Below are positions 33,901 to 46,538 of a stretch of 64,000 bases of DNA, one piece after another. Numbering within the stretch: position 1 is the stretch's first letter; each line of letters starts with the position of its first letter. This DNA comes from Macrostomum lignano (lineage: Eukaryota): contig NIVC01000978.1 of assembly GCA_002269645.1 (NCBI GenBank), positions 186,001 to 250,000 on the forward strand, given 5' to 3'. The translations under genes and the position numbers were made by a program. The notes beneath the pieces were generated by a model, which saw only the letters and a list, made by a program, of their open reading frames with translations, ran no database searches and was not told the origin of the DNA.

Positions 33901-34992
33901 CGAGGAAGTCCGGGCTACCTAGACCTGATTCTGCACAACCTGTCGCCTGATACATCAGGTAACACCAGTCACAGGATGCGTCTGCCAAACTCGGACAGCT
34001 CAGACCAGCACGTGTTTGACTTAGGCGGTATCTACGTTGACCTCAGCAGAGGCAGCGCCTGCATCGATGCTCAGTGCCGCTCCGCACCTCAGCTAGTTGC
34101 GGCGGCGTTCTGTGCAGCAACTCTAGAGGCCATGTGTCAGCCGCTGCCACCAGCCGCAGCCACAGCCACTGGTCAGTTGGCCGACAGTGTCGATTGCCAG
34201 AACTCTCAGGTAGCCAACGCCGCTCAGAATCTTGGCGAGAAGATTCGTGTAATCGGCTCACCGAAGCTTCAATCGTTGGTGACGCACCCGACAACAACTG
34301 TGACCCGAGGCCGAGCCACCGTGCGTCGGGTTGACCCGTACTCGGTAGCTTTCTGCCAGGCTACAGGTGTGCTCTACCTGGACTGGATGCCGCTCCGGTG
34401 GCACTGGCACTGCGGCCACTGGTGGCAGAGGGCTCGGCAAGGCAGCGGCAGCAGCGGCGGCAGCGGCCACAGTTTCGGCTGCGAAGCTGACGCCGTCGGT
34501 CTAGCAACAATTGTTGCTACTGGCGGCTTCGACGATCTTCAACAATCTGTTGAAGAGTGCGGCGGTGGACTGGACGCCGTCACTGGCGAGGTGACTTTCG
34601 ATGACGAAGTCGGGATTGGAAACGACTGCTTTGACGCCAGCGGCGGTTGCGGCAGCGGTGATGATACTGGCTTTGACGCCGGCGGCTGCGGTGGTTGCGG
34701 CGGCGGCTTCGGCGGCTTCAGTGGCTTTAGCGGCGGTGATGATACTGGCTTTGACGCCGGCGGCGGCTTCGGCGGCGGCGGCGATGATACTGGCTTTGAC
34801 GCCGGCGGCTGCTTCGGCGGCGGCGGCGATGATACTGGCTTTGACGCCGGCGGCTGCGTCGGTGGAGGCGGGACATGCGCCGGCGGCGGAGATGGCGGCG
34901 GTGGCGGCTGCGGAGGAGGCGGTTGCGGAGGAGGCGGTTGCGGAGGAGGTGGTTGCGGAGGAGGCGGTTGCGGAGGCGGTTGCGGAGGCTGA
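29242..34992 (+). CDS. Glycine-rich domain-containing protein (GRDP-like, two DUF1399 repeats, C-terminal GGCGG tail). Exons 29242-29541, 30249-30562, 31082-31299, 31952-32318, 32536-32825, 32911-33061, 33745-34992; 1-nt frameshift near 29451
   Basis: DLVSIARYQLDFLEAVD..ALHRYETMWLPLL / PPFDMAWIAHCHQLAPRCYRSD, and a second repeat YDIRGAAQRQRGFFYNVS..RYKQFL..LVPCYDIDLMWHSHQLTPLAYERDC..VLSHDD, matching recalled plant GRDP1/2. GT-AG introns with matching phases (1,0,2,0,2,0). Confidence 0.88.
29625..29897. repeat. 21-bp minisatellite (gccgcagacactcattttggc) in GRDP intron 1
   Basis: Direct tandem copies. Confidence 0.93.
30628..30997. repeat. 14-bp / 7-bp repeat (ctggcctctcccct, ctggcct) in GRDP intron 2
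   Basis: Direct tandem copies. Confidence 0.93.
31490..31680. repeat. 29-30-bp minisatellite (cacccaccccatttctctgccccgttcgt) in GRDP intron 3
   Basis: About 6 tandem copies. Confidence 0.88.
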
Positions 34993-37900
34993 CAGGTACA
35001 CCGCTTGCACAAGTTTATTATGATTTATTATGTCTAATAATTCTGTTCCTTGCGATGGAAAACACCTATTGAAAACATAAGGCTGCTACATTTACATGTA
35101 AGCTTTCAAAATACGTTTGTATCAACCCCAAATCTCTGTATTTATTTTCACAAGATGTTTTACAGTTATTTTTGTTTTAACAGCTGCTGGATGCCTAGGC
35201 ACCTCTTGCACTTCAGTTCAAATCCGTTTTTTGCTCAAGAATTTTACCATTTTATGATGCAATCAATCATTGTTAATATATACAGTTAATTATAATGGAA
35301 ACTCAGCCACTCATTTTGCGTGTATATGCCTACGTCGACTGTACGTCAAGAGACATTATAAAATGATATCATAATTTAAAATCAATTTTGTTTAAACGCT
35401 AGATGTTAAATCGCAGTCACGGGAACTAAAATTCTCTGAAAAATATTTTCTTTACATTGACGCGTCTAGGATTTTAATAGCTAGCTTTAGACGATAGAAC
35501 CAATATTTTTTTGGTTTACTTATTTATTCAAGAAAAGACAATCGTTCTAGCAAAAGAGCCACGCAAGGACAACTAAAGCAACGTATATACAGGACGTGAC
35601 ACTTAAAATCTATGGAAAAAGTTTTGAAGGCCACTTTTCGCCGAAAAATACTATTATGGAGATAGGAGGTTTTCATTTTTTCAGCACAAAAATTGTTATT
35701 GCTTTCGATAGGAGGCAGACCCAATGTTGATCTTTTGATATGCTGTGCCGTTCTTATAGCTCTATTGATATTCATAAAGCTTTTCGGTCAGAAAATTAGG
35801 AATCGAAGTAATTTTTTTATTCTACGCACAGTTGCATGTGTCATGTGCCTAAAAACCATTAAAATGGCACATTGGTTTTATGAATCTATTTTATCATTCT
35901 TGGCTGGCTGTGTAGCAATATGTGTAACAGAGATGATAAATTAGATTCATAAAACCAAATATTCGGAGCTTTGCCATGCATATCTATGATATTTAGATAC
36001 AGGAAATGTACGTAGAATAAAAAATTAACACATAGAATCCTAATTTTCTGAATGTTATAGGGGGTGTTTAATTATTATAAACGATCTCACCGACGTCACC
36101 AAGTTGTCGGAGGGGTATTTGAACTAAGTTGGGAATCCTACAATTTCCACCAAATTGTGGTAGTGCTCTAAAGTTACAAGTTCTATCCTAATAGCTAACA
36201 CCAAGTTGTTGTAGGTGATTTTTATGCCTATTCACAATTTCACTGCTATTGCCAAGTGGTACTGGGGTGAAATTTGTTATGATTCTAGAATTTCATAAAA
36301 TTAGCTATTAAATTAGTTATGAACTACTAAAAGACTGGGTCACGGAGTTAGGCCTATGGGCTTTCACGTAAGCACGGATTGCCCTGGTAGCGCGCAGTGC
36401 CCGAGCGGCAAGACACTGTTTAGCTAGAAAAGGGGGGGGGTGACTAAGTCCTAAAGCAGCGCCCTCCAATGGATCGAGGTTGCCCGGTGAATTTCAGTTT
36501 CCTCTTACGGATTTGCTTTTGTCATATACGACTTCCCATTGGTTGTTCAATTCGAATATTTCTATTGGGATTTTTCTCCCTCTTCAATTGGCTCTCTACG
36601 CCTCTACTGTTCGCGGTTCCGCTATTGGCTTTTAGACTGATCGTCTTGAGCTTTCGGTAAATTCTACCTGGCCAATGAGCATTCGCTCTTTATTCTTGGC
36701 AAATGAGGAAGGCTTTAGCAAAATTCGCTTATTCAGTTTGTTAGGCAGATAGCCTTGAACCAAAAACTCGGTTGCCTCTCTGGGCGCTGAATTCGCGTCT
36801 ATTTATACTACCTAGGTCTACCTAGAATTTTAGCTATGTTTGAAGTCTAAATTTAGTCTATACTACCAAAAAGAGGGGGAGGGGGGAGGAAGAGCGTATT
36901 CAAACAAATATCTTCCAAAAAAAACGGTCACTAAGAAAAACGGCGGGGATTCAAAATAAACCCTTTCTCATGAACGAAAAGCTTTTTGAAGTGACAACCG
37001 CGCAGGCTAGGATCATCGATAAGCCAGCCATATAGGATATAGCATTGCAGTGTTCCTGTTTATGCTCTAAAATTTAAACATACGGAACGTTACAGGCTAG
37101 AGCCGCGGTGTCTACATGCAGCCACAATTGGCAGAAATACGGCAGTCGATGTTTAGGCGGCAGAGCTGCTTAAAATATTGATCAGAAAAAATCTGCACTG
37201 CACACTATAACACAGATCCACAGTCAACCATGAACGCAATTATGCTGATATGTTTAATGTACAATACACATTCTTTCGAGTCTGCATGTCGACTGCTTGA
37301 CCATAACTTTTGATATGTACTTCTTCAATATGATCGAGTATGAGTATGAGAGCGGTCACCGACAACTGCAACATAACATATATCATGTGGATGTTCTTGG
37401 GCCAAGGGCCTTGAGTCCTTAAATGATTTCGATGCTGTCCTCTCCCACCTCGATCAATTATACCTGTACACATGTAGTGCACCGGTGTCTATTTTTATGC
37501 TGCCTTTATTTTTATGGCGAATTTTCCGGACTGTGTGAGGTCTGTATGTAAAATGCACAGTCTTACAAAAAACTGAGATTTTAACATTTGTCGAATTTTT
37601 GTCTACCTAGAATTTTAGCTACGTTTGAAGTCTAAATTTAGTCTCACGGAAATTATAGTGTTGAATGAGACCGGATCAAGACAACGAACTGGCAGTATCA
37701 GCCCCGTGATGGTGACTGGGCCAATTTAGTAGGCCAGGATCCTATACATGTACTTACATGTAGACTACTAGACTAAAATATTCCAGCAGTCCTTTGGCCC
37801 ATATAGTATAGTTATATTACATGTACATGTAGAACTAGGACGGTGTTGACACATGTACCCGCGCAGTTCTACTACATTCGCGGTGGCCTAACAATTATGC

Positions 37901-39451
37901 CAATTAACAACTATTGATCTGACGCTACGGCCATGCACAGTTAAATGCAAAGTTATCAGGAAAATGTGTGTTGCATGCGCGTTACTCGTAACTGCCAGGG
38001 CAGCCGAACAATAACAATAGGGAAAATTTGTATGCCATTGTGTGCATACAGGTGCACGTCAAATATAAACAATTACTCAACTTTAGAAATCTTAAACTTT
38101 TTGCCAACTTTTGGTTTATGTATGACGTGAACGCATCATCCAGCGGACGAACACCGGGGATCAGACGACCACTCGCGGTTGAGGTAAAAATTTCTGCTGG
38201 TCGAGGCACCAACAGAGGAGACATATGGAACTGCGACTTCATATGAGTTCTAGGATTTGATTCAATTGAGTTGGAGACGTACCTGGTGGCACGCCATGCA
38301 ATTAGAAATTGTATATTTTGTAGTTTTCTGTACGTTGTCCCTATAAGTAACCTAAAGACGAGGCAGCTTAGCGGAACTGAAGTGGTGTATAGTTACTGCG
38401 TTAGTTATGACGTTATTTTCCACGAAACGACGTTTGGTACGAGACAAATGTGTTCATCTGACTTATTCTTCATTGAGCTGTACTGGAGCTGGAGGACCAT
38501 TGTTTTTTATTAAGAGTAAAACAGACCCAATTGAAAGTAAAGCAAATTGAATTTCTTATTTGCGCACTTTATTTCACATTTATCTTTGTATTACCTAGTG
38601 GAGTAGTAAAGTAAAGCTTAGGCCTAGTCATGTCATGTTAGTATAGGCCTAGCTATAGCTATAGAAATATGGACGGTATAGTATAGAATATAGACACATT
38701 GCTAGCTATCCAGCTGGCCCATTGGTATTACATGGGATGGCACATTGTCACTCATTGCTAAGATATAGGCCTAGGGCCTAGATGCCAAGCAGCCAATGCT
38801 ATGCTGCTTCTGCTATCAATATAGCCATAGGCCTAGCTAGTTAGGCCTAGTTTAATTTGATTTCATTTCCAAGAAATTTGACCATATTATTCACTTTATG
38901 AGTTGACTTGTATTTGACTCATTACAGTATCCTGTGTCAATTATAGTTATGTAATTAAAGTTTGTTTGAAATAGAAGCACTTAGTTTATTATAACAAGTA
39001 ATGCAACTATAGTATGGGTGCAATAGGGGTTATAGGCCTACAGTTAGCAAGTAAATTTTCTTCAGTAATAAGTCCAACAAATATGTAAATTGGTACAAAT
39101 TATTTAAATATAAACTTTAATTTTATTATAGGCCTATTATAATAATGATTATATAAAAATGCCTTTTGGCCTTTAAATTGCTTTTTTGGTTAGGCCTCAG
39201 TTTGTCATATTTAAATAATAAAGTCATAGACTTGGTCAAGTCATCATCATTATTATAAATGTATCTAGGCTAACAATTTTGAATATGATATTTTGATTAA
39301 GGGGTATATCTATTTAATGTAGATTGCTTGGCCTTGTTTAATGGCTAAGAGGTGATAGCCTAAGTCTATAAATAGACATTTTAGTGAGCATCATGGGAGC
39401 ATGAAAAATAGAAAAAGATAGGAAAAATTTGTGATATCAGAAAAAAACTAG

Positions 39452-39824
39452 TAGAGGTCAGACGGGATCCCGATCCTGAAATCTCGGGATCCCGAGAAAA
39501 ATTGAATTCCTGCAGGACCAGACTCCCGACCCTAAAAAACTCGAGATTCGGGAACAGGTCTTTTGATTAAAAATTTATAGAATTAGTGATTACTTGAAGG
39601 TATTTTGCTTTAACTTGTACTTGTTATATTATTTACTTTGTTGGTTACAAAACTTCATATCAATTTCGTTGTGTTTTACTTCTTGATCTTTACAATCTTT
39701 TCTCCATTTTGTTTAACTTTACATGGACAATACACTAAAAGACCTGATTCCGATCCCGATCCCGATCCCGAGAAAAAAATTATTCCCGATCCCGCCCAAA
39801 GATTTCAATCCCATCCTACCTCTA
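39452..39824. mobile_element. hAT-type MITE with 8-bp TSD
   Basis: Imperfect TIR tagaggtcagacgggat / atcccatcctacctcta, flanked on both sides by aaaactag (39444-39451, 39825-39832); internal cccgat repeats. Confidence 0.82.
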
Positions 39825-40712
39825 AAAACTAGGCCTACCTCTGTATCTGAACTTAATTTATGACAAGAACCATTATTTTGACAATTTTTTAAACTTTTAA
39901 TGATATATATATATAACAGGAGCTAGCTTTAAAAGCCAAAATTTTTTAGATTTTTATATTTTTTGTAATTATTAAAAAAACTTTAATAAAATTTTTGACT
40001 AGAAAACAGGGCAGCATTATTAGTGCATCATCAGTTTTGTTAAACTGTTTTTAACATAAAAAACAATGTAGAAAGTTATTGACTTATCTTAAACCACCTT
40101 TTCCAACTTTTCATTTAAAGATACACCCCTATGCATTATAGCTTGATATCCATGTTTGGTAATAAAAAAGTTATGCTTACTTAACTGCAAAAAATGACTT
40201 CTTTTTGCTTTTCTAGATCACAGTAGAAATAGAAATTTTACATTACAAAGGTAGCCAATTTTTTTTAATAAAAATGCCATATTTTTTTTATTAGTAGACT
40301 AAATTTCACTAGATGTCTAAAAACTCCTGTAGTCATAATCTATCTGATAAAACAAAGAAAAAATAATTTTTCTAATTTTCAAAATCTCACTAAAATGCTA
40401 TTATTAAATATAATTATTTATTTAGCTAGTATTCTATCATAAGGGGAGTCTATGTGCCATAGCTTTAGCCATAACTATGGCTTCTTTCCATTTTTTATAT
40501 TCTATTCCATAGCCATAAAGACCTTAATATTACTATATTTTTAAATCAATGGTATAGTTTATATCAAGTATATTTGTTCTACTCTACCTGTTTCTAATAG
40601 TTAATAATTTGAAAAAATAATAATAAAGTGGGAATGGAGAAAAATAAAAATAAATTTAGCAGTTGCTGGCTAGTTTTTGTAAGAATTGCAACTTCAAATT
40701 GCTACTATTCAT

Positions 40713-41321
40713 CCCTATAGGAAAAAGTTGTAAATCCGCGGACGGCGTCCGGCGCACTTTTGAAATTTTTCTAAAGCGCGGCGCGCGCACAGGCGCGCAG
40801 CGCCTGCGCGGCGTGCGCGCGCTGCCTTTTCTTGCTGGCTGCTGCTCTAGCAAATACATATGCATGGAAAAGGGTCATCTAATACCTCTGTGGAAGGGGC
40901 CTATACACTTATAATTTATAAAGCTTAGAGATGTTCCGAAATTTCAATTTGAATTTTCCAAAATTAGAATTTTTATTAAGAGCAAATTTCAATTTCGAAT
41001 AAAATTAGAAGTCAAAATTTGGAAGCTAAAATCGAAAAGTCAAAAATCGCTAAAAAAGCAGTAATTTCTGCTACATCTACGTGTATTTCATTTTGCATAA
41101 GCAGTAAATCGAATGTAAAAAGTGAGTATTGGTCATACTAAACTTTGTTTTTCTGCGTTTTGATTTCGGAAAATTTCAATTTTGAGTTTGGAAAGTTAAC
41201 GAATTTTGATTTCGAGGAAACTGCTCTTTCGGGACATCTCTAATTATCCTAAAGCGCGGGAATAATTTGACTCTATTCTAAAGCGCGCGTCTGCGGGTTT
41301 TCAACATTTATTCCAATAGGG
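40713..41321. mobile_element. Non-autonomous DNA transposon with CCCTAT.GG termini and 8-bp TSD, carrying a nested MITE
   Basis: Imperfect TIR ccctataggaaaaagttgtaaatccgc / gcgggttttcaacatttattccaataggg; TSD ctattcat at 40705-40712 and 41322-41329. Confidence 0.8.
40926..41242. mobile_element. TAGAG-ended MITE nested in the 40713-41321 element
   Basis: 16-bp TIR tagagatgttccgaaa / tttcgggacatctcta (1 mismatch); TSD not clear. Confidence 0.7.
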
Positions 41322-42151
41322 CTATTCATAACTTGGCACTTGTAAAGCCAGAAAGTTGCACAAACTTGTTTAGGTCAACTTTCTCCTTTCCCCTTAGATA
41401 TTCCATCAGCTGGGTCTAATTTTTTTTGGGGGGGGGAGGGTAGTCATATTGGCAGTTGAGTCATCATTTAGTAGGCACAGTTGTTCAGTTAGGTCTTCAA
41501 ACACTGTTAATTCAATATGTCAATTTGCTTAATGAATTACTTTCAGTAGAGTAGCACCACCACCACTGTAATTTTGTATTATAGAACATTAAGATCTTAG
41601 AGCTAATTTAGAATTAAGATTTATTTGGTTGCTTTATGCCCCACAGGCAAATGACTCAAGATAAACTAATAGGGCTTCAAATATTCAATGAGAATAAATA
41701 TTGGTTGCATTTATTAAGTATTATAATGAAATAAATTTGACCAATTGTTATTATTTACAGACTTTTTTGGTGGTGCTTGTTGTTGTAAGCTATTAATGTC
41801 AAGAACAAGTTAATGGAAAGAAAGCAAATAGGGGGCAAGACCAAACTCAAGGGAAACTCAAGGCAAAACTAAAGGCATACATAATATGTAGCCAGATCCA
41901 GCCATATAAATAATGTGTAAAAATATTAATTGGCATATAGGGCAACTGAAGTGGTGGAGAATGGGCAACTGCAAGGGCAAGGGATAGGGCAACAAATGGG
42001 GCAGCAGAAAACATTAACAACAAAATGACAAAAAATGAAAGCACACTAGAAAGGGCAAAGGATGGGGCAACTAAAGGATAGGGAGGACTACTAGAAAGGA
42101 CAAATGTCATAGTGTGAGTCATTTGCAAAAGTTAGACATTGAACTGAGTGG

Positions 42152-43421
42152 TATTCAGTTGTTAAGAAAGTTCTCACAGTTTCTAGAACCTTCCTCCAAA
42201 CTGAGTTTTTTAAATTATAGTAAGGACTTTAAGAAACGAAGTAATTGCCATCTGAATCAATCACATTCTGCCATTTTTCAGGTAGAGACAATGCTATCAG
42301 CGTAGAATTTCTCAGGTTTTGAGGCAAAAAACTCGTTGAGCCAGTTATCCAGGGCTTCCTCATCAGCAAAAGTTTTGCTCATCAAGGCATTTGTCAGGGC
42401 CGAGAAAAGATAGTAATTGCTAGGTGCCAGGTTGGGAGAATACGGAGTATGAAGCACCAGTTCCCAGCCAAGGTCCAATAACTTTTGGCAAGTCATCTTG
42501 GTAGTGTGGGGACGGCTGTTATTATATAGTCCTGAATCAGACCAGGCCATGATTTGGTTGCTTCTGTGTGATTGCGGTGGCCAATCTGTCCAGCTGTTGG
42601 CAATACAGGTTGGCTATAATCCATGTGTTGGGTGGCAGCAGCTCATAGAGGATCACACCTTTATAGTCCCACCAAACATATAGCATGACCTTGCGGGGGT
42701 AGAGTCCAGCTTTAGGCTGTGGCTCAGGGGTTGCATCAGTATTCACCCACAACTGTCAATGCTTGATGTTCACATATAAACACCATTTTTCATTGCCAGT
42801 AACAATTGACTTCAGCCAATTGTGAATGCGCCAAAAGGAGAGAAGAGTAGTGGCCATCTCTGCCCTACGTTTGCAGTCCCAGTTGGACAATTCATGGGGT
42901 ACCCATTGAATCAACTTGTGCACTTTGCCCAGTTGATACAAGTAAATGGCAATTGTTTGATTGTTTACCCCAAGGACTTGCGCCAAGTCATGTGCAGTTT
43001 GTCGGGGGTCAGCCTTAATGAGTGTGCACAGGTAGTCATCATCCACCTCAGAAGGATGCCCTAACTGGAGCAAATCTTTGAGGCTGAAATCTCCCTGGCA
43101 AAACCAAGCAAACCAATCTTGCACAGTGCATTCAGACACAATACTAGCACCAAATGCACTGTTAATGTGGCAGCTCAATTTGGCTACTTACCTGCTTTGA
43201 TGCCAAATTTGAAGTCATAGAGTAACAGACCACAAATATAGGGTCAAGAGAGATCCATGTAGTTGATCTGGCTTTAATAGCAACAATCATAAAAAGTAGT
43301 CTATCAAGATTGCACACACCCACCCTCAATATATACCCGCACAGTAAGCTTCTAGAATGTTCCATAAAGTTCTGGTATCAAATTTTCTAGAAACTGCAAG
43401 AATTTTCTCAACAACCAAATA
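42152..43421 (-). mobile_element. Full-length degenerate mariner (DD34D type) transposon, ~1.27 kb
   Basis: TIRs tattcagttgttaagaaagttctcacagtttctagaa / ttctagaaactgcaagaattttctcaacaaccaaata with TA ends. Transposase remnant 43258-42229 has WVPHEL, TGNEKW, RKVMLYVWWDYKGV and YSPNLAPSNYYLF. Confidence 0.93.
42229..43258 (-). pseudogene. Mariner transposase pseudogene
   Basis: Multiple stops (TGA probably from CGA) and frameshifts; ORF fragments 42756-43178, 42537-42752 and 42278-42550. Confidence 0.9.
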
Positions 43422-46400
43422 GATTGCCTACTACAATAACTAGAGCTATGGAAATCTACAGAATATGAATGTAATTATCATATTTCTGTAGTTGTAGCCA
43501 TAAGAGCAGAGCAGCTATATAACATAGGCATATCCATAACTGCTATAAGCACTTATTTTATCATATTTGCCAGAGGATCCATAGCCATAGCTGCAACTAT
43601 AGTGAAACACTATTATAAGCCTAGGCTAAGCCTAGTCTATGCATTATGATTCTATAATCTATAACTATCTATCTGTAGTCTATAACTAATAGGCCTAGAT
43701 AGTGTTTATTTAGCTAGCACCAATAAAAAAAACTTGCTATTATTTAGCTGACAGTCACCTCATTGCTGGGCTAGGTGCTAGTCTAATAAACTTATTAAAT
43801 AATAAAATAAATGCCAATGGCAGTAATTTGAATTTTCAGTTGAGAGTGCCAAATAAGAGTGCAAACTCTTATAAGCAATGGGATTATTTATTATATACTA
43901 ATTAATATTGAGCAATAAAACAAACTACATTATAAAAGAGTTATGTAAACTTATAAATACATACAGTAAAGAGTACAATAAAAGATAAGTATAATACATA
44001 TTTTGTAATATAAAAACAGCAGATATAAAGTAAATATGAAATTGTTTACTTTTAAATTAGATACACAGATATATTATATTATCCTCCTCTTAGAAAGGAC
44101 AATGTCCATATTGTCAATATAAGTACACGAAAAGAGTAGAATACAAAGTAAAAAAATAACTATTAAATATATCATACATGCTACAATAAGTGGTAAATTT
44201 GAAGAAAGAAATATCAAACTTGCATTCCCAACTAGACATTTGCAATGAGGTGATAGAACACATTAAAAGAACAAATGGTCTGGTACCAAAAGAGAAGCCA
44301 GTTATAACACAAAAGCCAGAACCCAACAGGGTTAGCAGAGCCCTGGGTTCTCCCCACTACAACCAGCATAGAGCATAGCATGAATCAAGCAAAAACACTT
44401 TATAGCAAAAGGAATTATTTGTACAATTTTGTGATACACTGCCATTGGGTGACCTTCACAATGAGTAGAAAATATAGTACAACACTAGCAAAGTTATTTA
44501 AAAAGTAAACTATACCATGGCCATGATGGCACGCTGCTGATTGGCTGCAATATTGTACATTTGCAGTCAATCAGATAGATCCAGCAGAGTCCTTTATGGA
44601 ATTTGAGTCTTGGACTGGTTGCCAATGTAATAATACTCTTTTTGGAGTCAAACAATTCAAACAATCAAATCAATTTAATTTCATTGTGACAACAGATAAA
44701 TGAACAAATGTGTCCTTGGCTTGGGTGAAATGCACTTTAATTTATTTCATATCTTATTTATAAAAAATTTTTTTTATAAATATTTGTATAATCTATTTTT
44801 GGAATTAAAGTAGTTAGAAATATTATTGAAACTGGATGGACTCAAATTCTGGGACAACTACACAATTTTAACAGCTACCATAGCACCTAGAAACCTAATA
44901 CCAAACATAGCACATTTGTGTTTCAAATACAAAAGGAGTTACCATATAGTAAAACAATAGTAATAGAGCATGTACAGTAAGTATTGCAGAATAGGAACAC
45001 ACTACTGAATAAATACTGACTAAAATAATTAATAGATAATTTCTAGGAATGCAGGATACATTATAAAAAAGTACAATCATTCGAATGATATCTAAAAATA
45101 CTTTACAATTACTATTTTTAGTTAATAGGTCTAGGCCTAGTCTTTGAGTCACTATTGGTCAGATTAGCTATCACTATTTAGCCAGGGGTGTTAACTAATT
45201 TGCCTTGGCAATAAACATGTTTAGCAATAGAGATTCACTAGTAAAAATATGGCAAAAGCAAATTCAGCAGCAATGTAGTCAAATTTTGGCTATAATGAAC
45301 AAAGAACAATTGTATAATCTTTTAGTACAATGGTATTAGTCAATATAAATTGGCTTTCCATTTAAATGAGTTTGTTTGATTTTTTATTTATCTTGTACTT
45401 TTAAATGTGCTTTCCAAGAAATGTATATTCATCTAGTCTTATCAATGACTTAATTATTAATTTTAATTAATAATTTTTAGCTACAAAAAGGAGTTGAATT
45501 TTTATTTTTTCTTCTTGCCTACATCCTAAGCCTAATATTTTAAGTGTATCTACTCTACCTATTATAAACTTATAATATGAACTTAATTTTGTACTTCAAT
45601 AGCCAAAAAATATAAAAAAATTCTACATATACTTTTGTGATGCTAGCTAATATTGGCACCTTGGACACTACTGACAGTATAGTCTACATCTGTGCCTAAG
45701 TCTTGAAATGTATGTTATGACATTGTTTTATCTCTTATGACTCACTCAATTGGATGGCAACATATTTTGTTGTTGTATAATAAGAGCCATTGCATGTTAC
45801 TATGACACTCTTTGCATGCCAGTGGCTTAGGATCTTTTCTTAGTCTAGTTATAATATTAATTTGGAGCTAAATTGGAAATTTGGAATCTTGGCTTGGATA
45901 AGTTGTTATAGACTGGCCATGCAATTAACCATTGTGAACCTTTGTGAACCATTGTGAACCTATCCCCAAGGCATTGTAAAGTGTACATATTGTATGTGCT
46001 TGTATGTCAACTCAGGAGAATTGGCAAATTGAGCAATGCCTCTTGATAGATGTATGACAATATTTTTTAAAGGATGCCAGGGTGCACACAGTCCTATGCC
46101 TCTAACTAAAAAACATGCTTATAAGCAAAGCAAGAAGCCCACTATCCCACTGCTAGGGTGAAGAGAGCTTTGAGTTTTGGCTCAAATGCAGCTTAATTTC
46201 AATATCCAATTCCAGCAAAAAGGCAGGTTTTTTTGTGCCTGCAAAGCAAACTTTTTTTCCTAATTTTACAATAGCAAAACTATTCTCTGATGCCTGATCC
46301 ACCCTGTTATTTCCAAGTTAATTGACCATTTTATCATTTTCCTGACTGACTGGCTGACTTCAAAGAAGTTATTATTCCAATGTGGAAAAGTTTTTTTACA

Positions 46401-46538
46401 AAAAACAACTTATTAAAGAAAAACTGGTTTTTCTCTTTTCATGCTGTTAATAATATGAATTTTCTAGTTAAATAATAGAAGTTAAATAATATCTTAACAT
46501 TGCCTACTAATAGTAGGCTTATCTGGTAAAAATAAAAA

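Noticed and set aside
34258-35072. Pro-rich, Ala-rich and Arg-rich ORFs
   Set aside because: They are alternative frames or antisense of the GRDP glycine-rich tail.
36817-37644. 44-bp direct repeat at ~36817 and ~37601
   Set aside because: Too short, with no internal coding or terminal features to define an LTR element.
37982-38246. Overlapping 72-86-aa ORFs
   Set aside because: No recognisable domain or splice partners.
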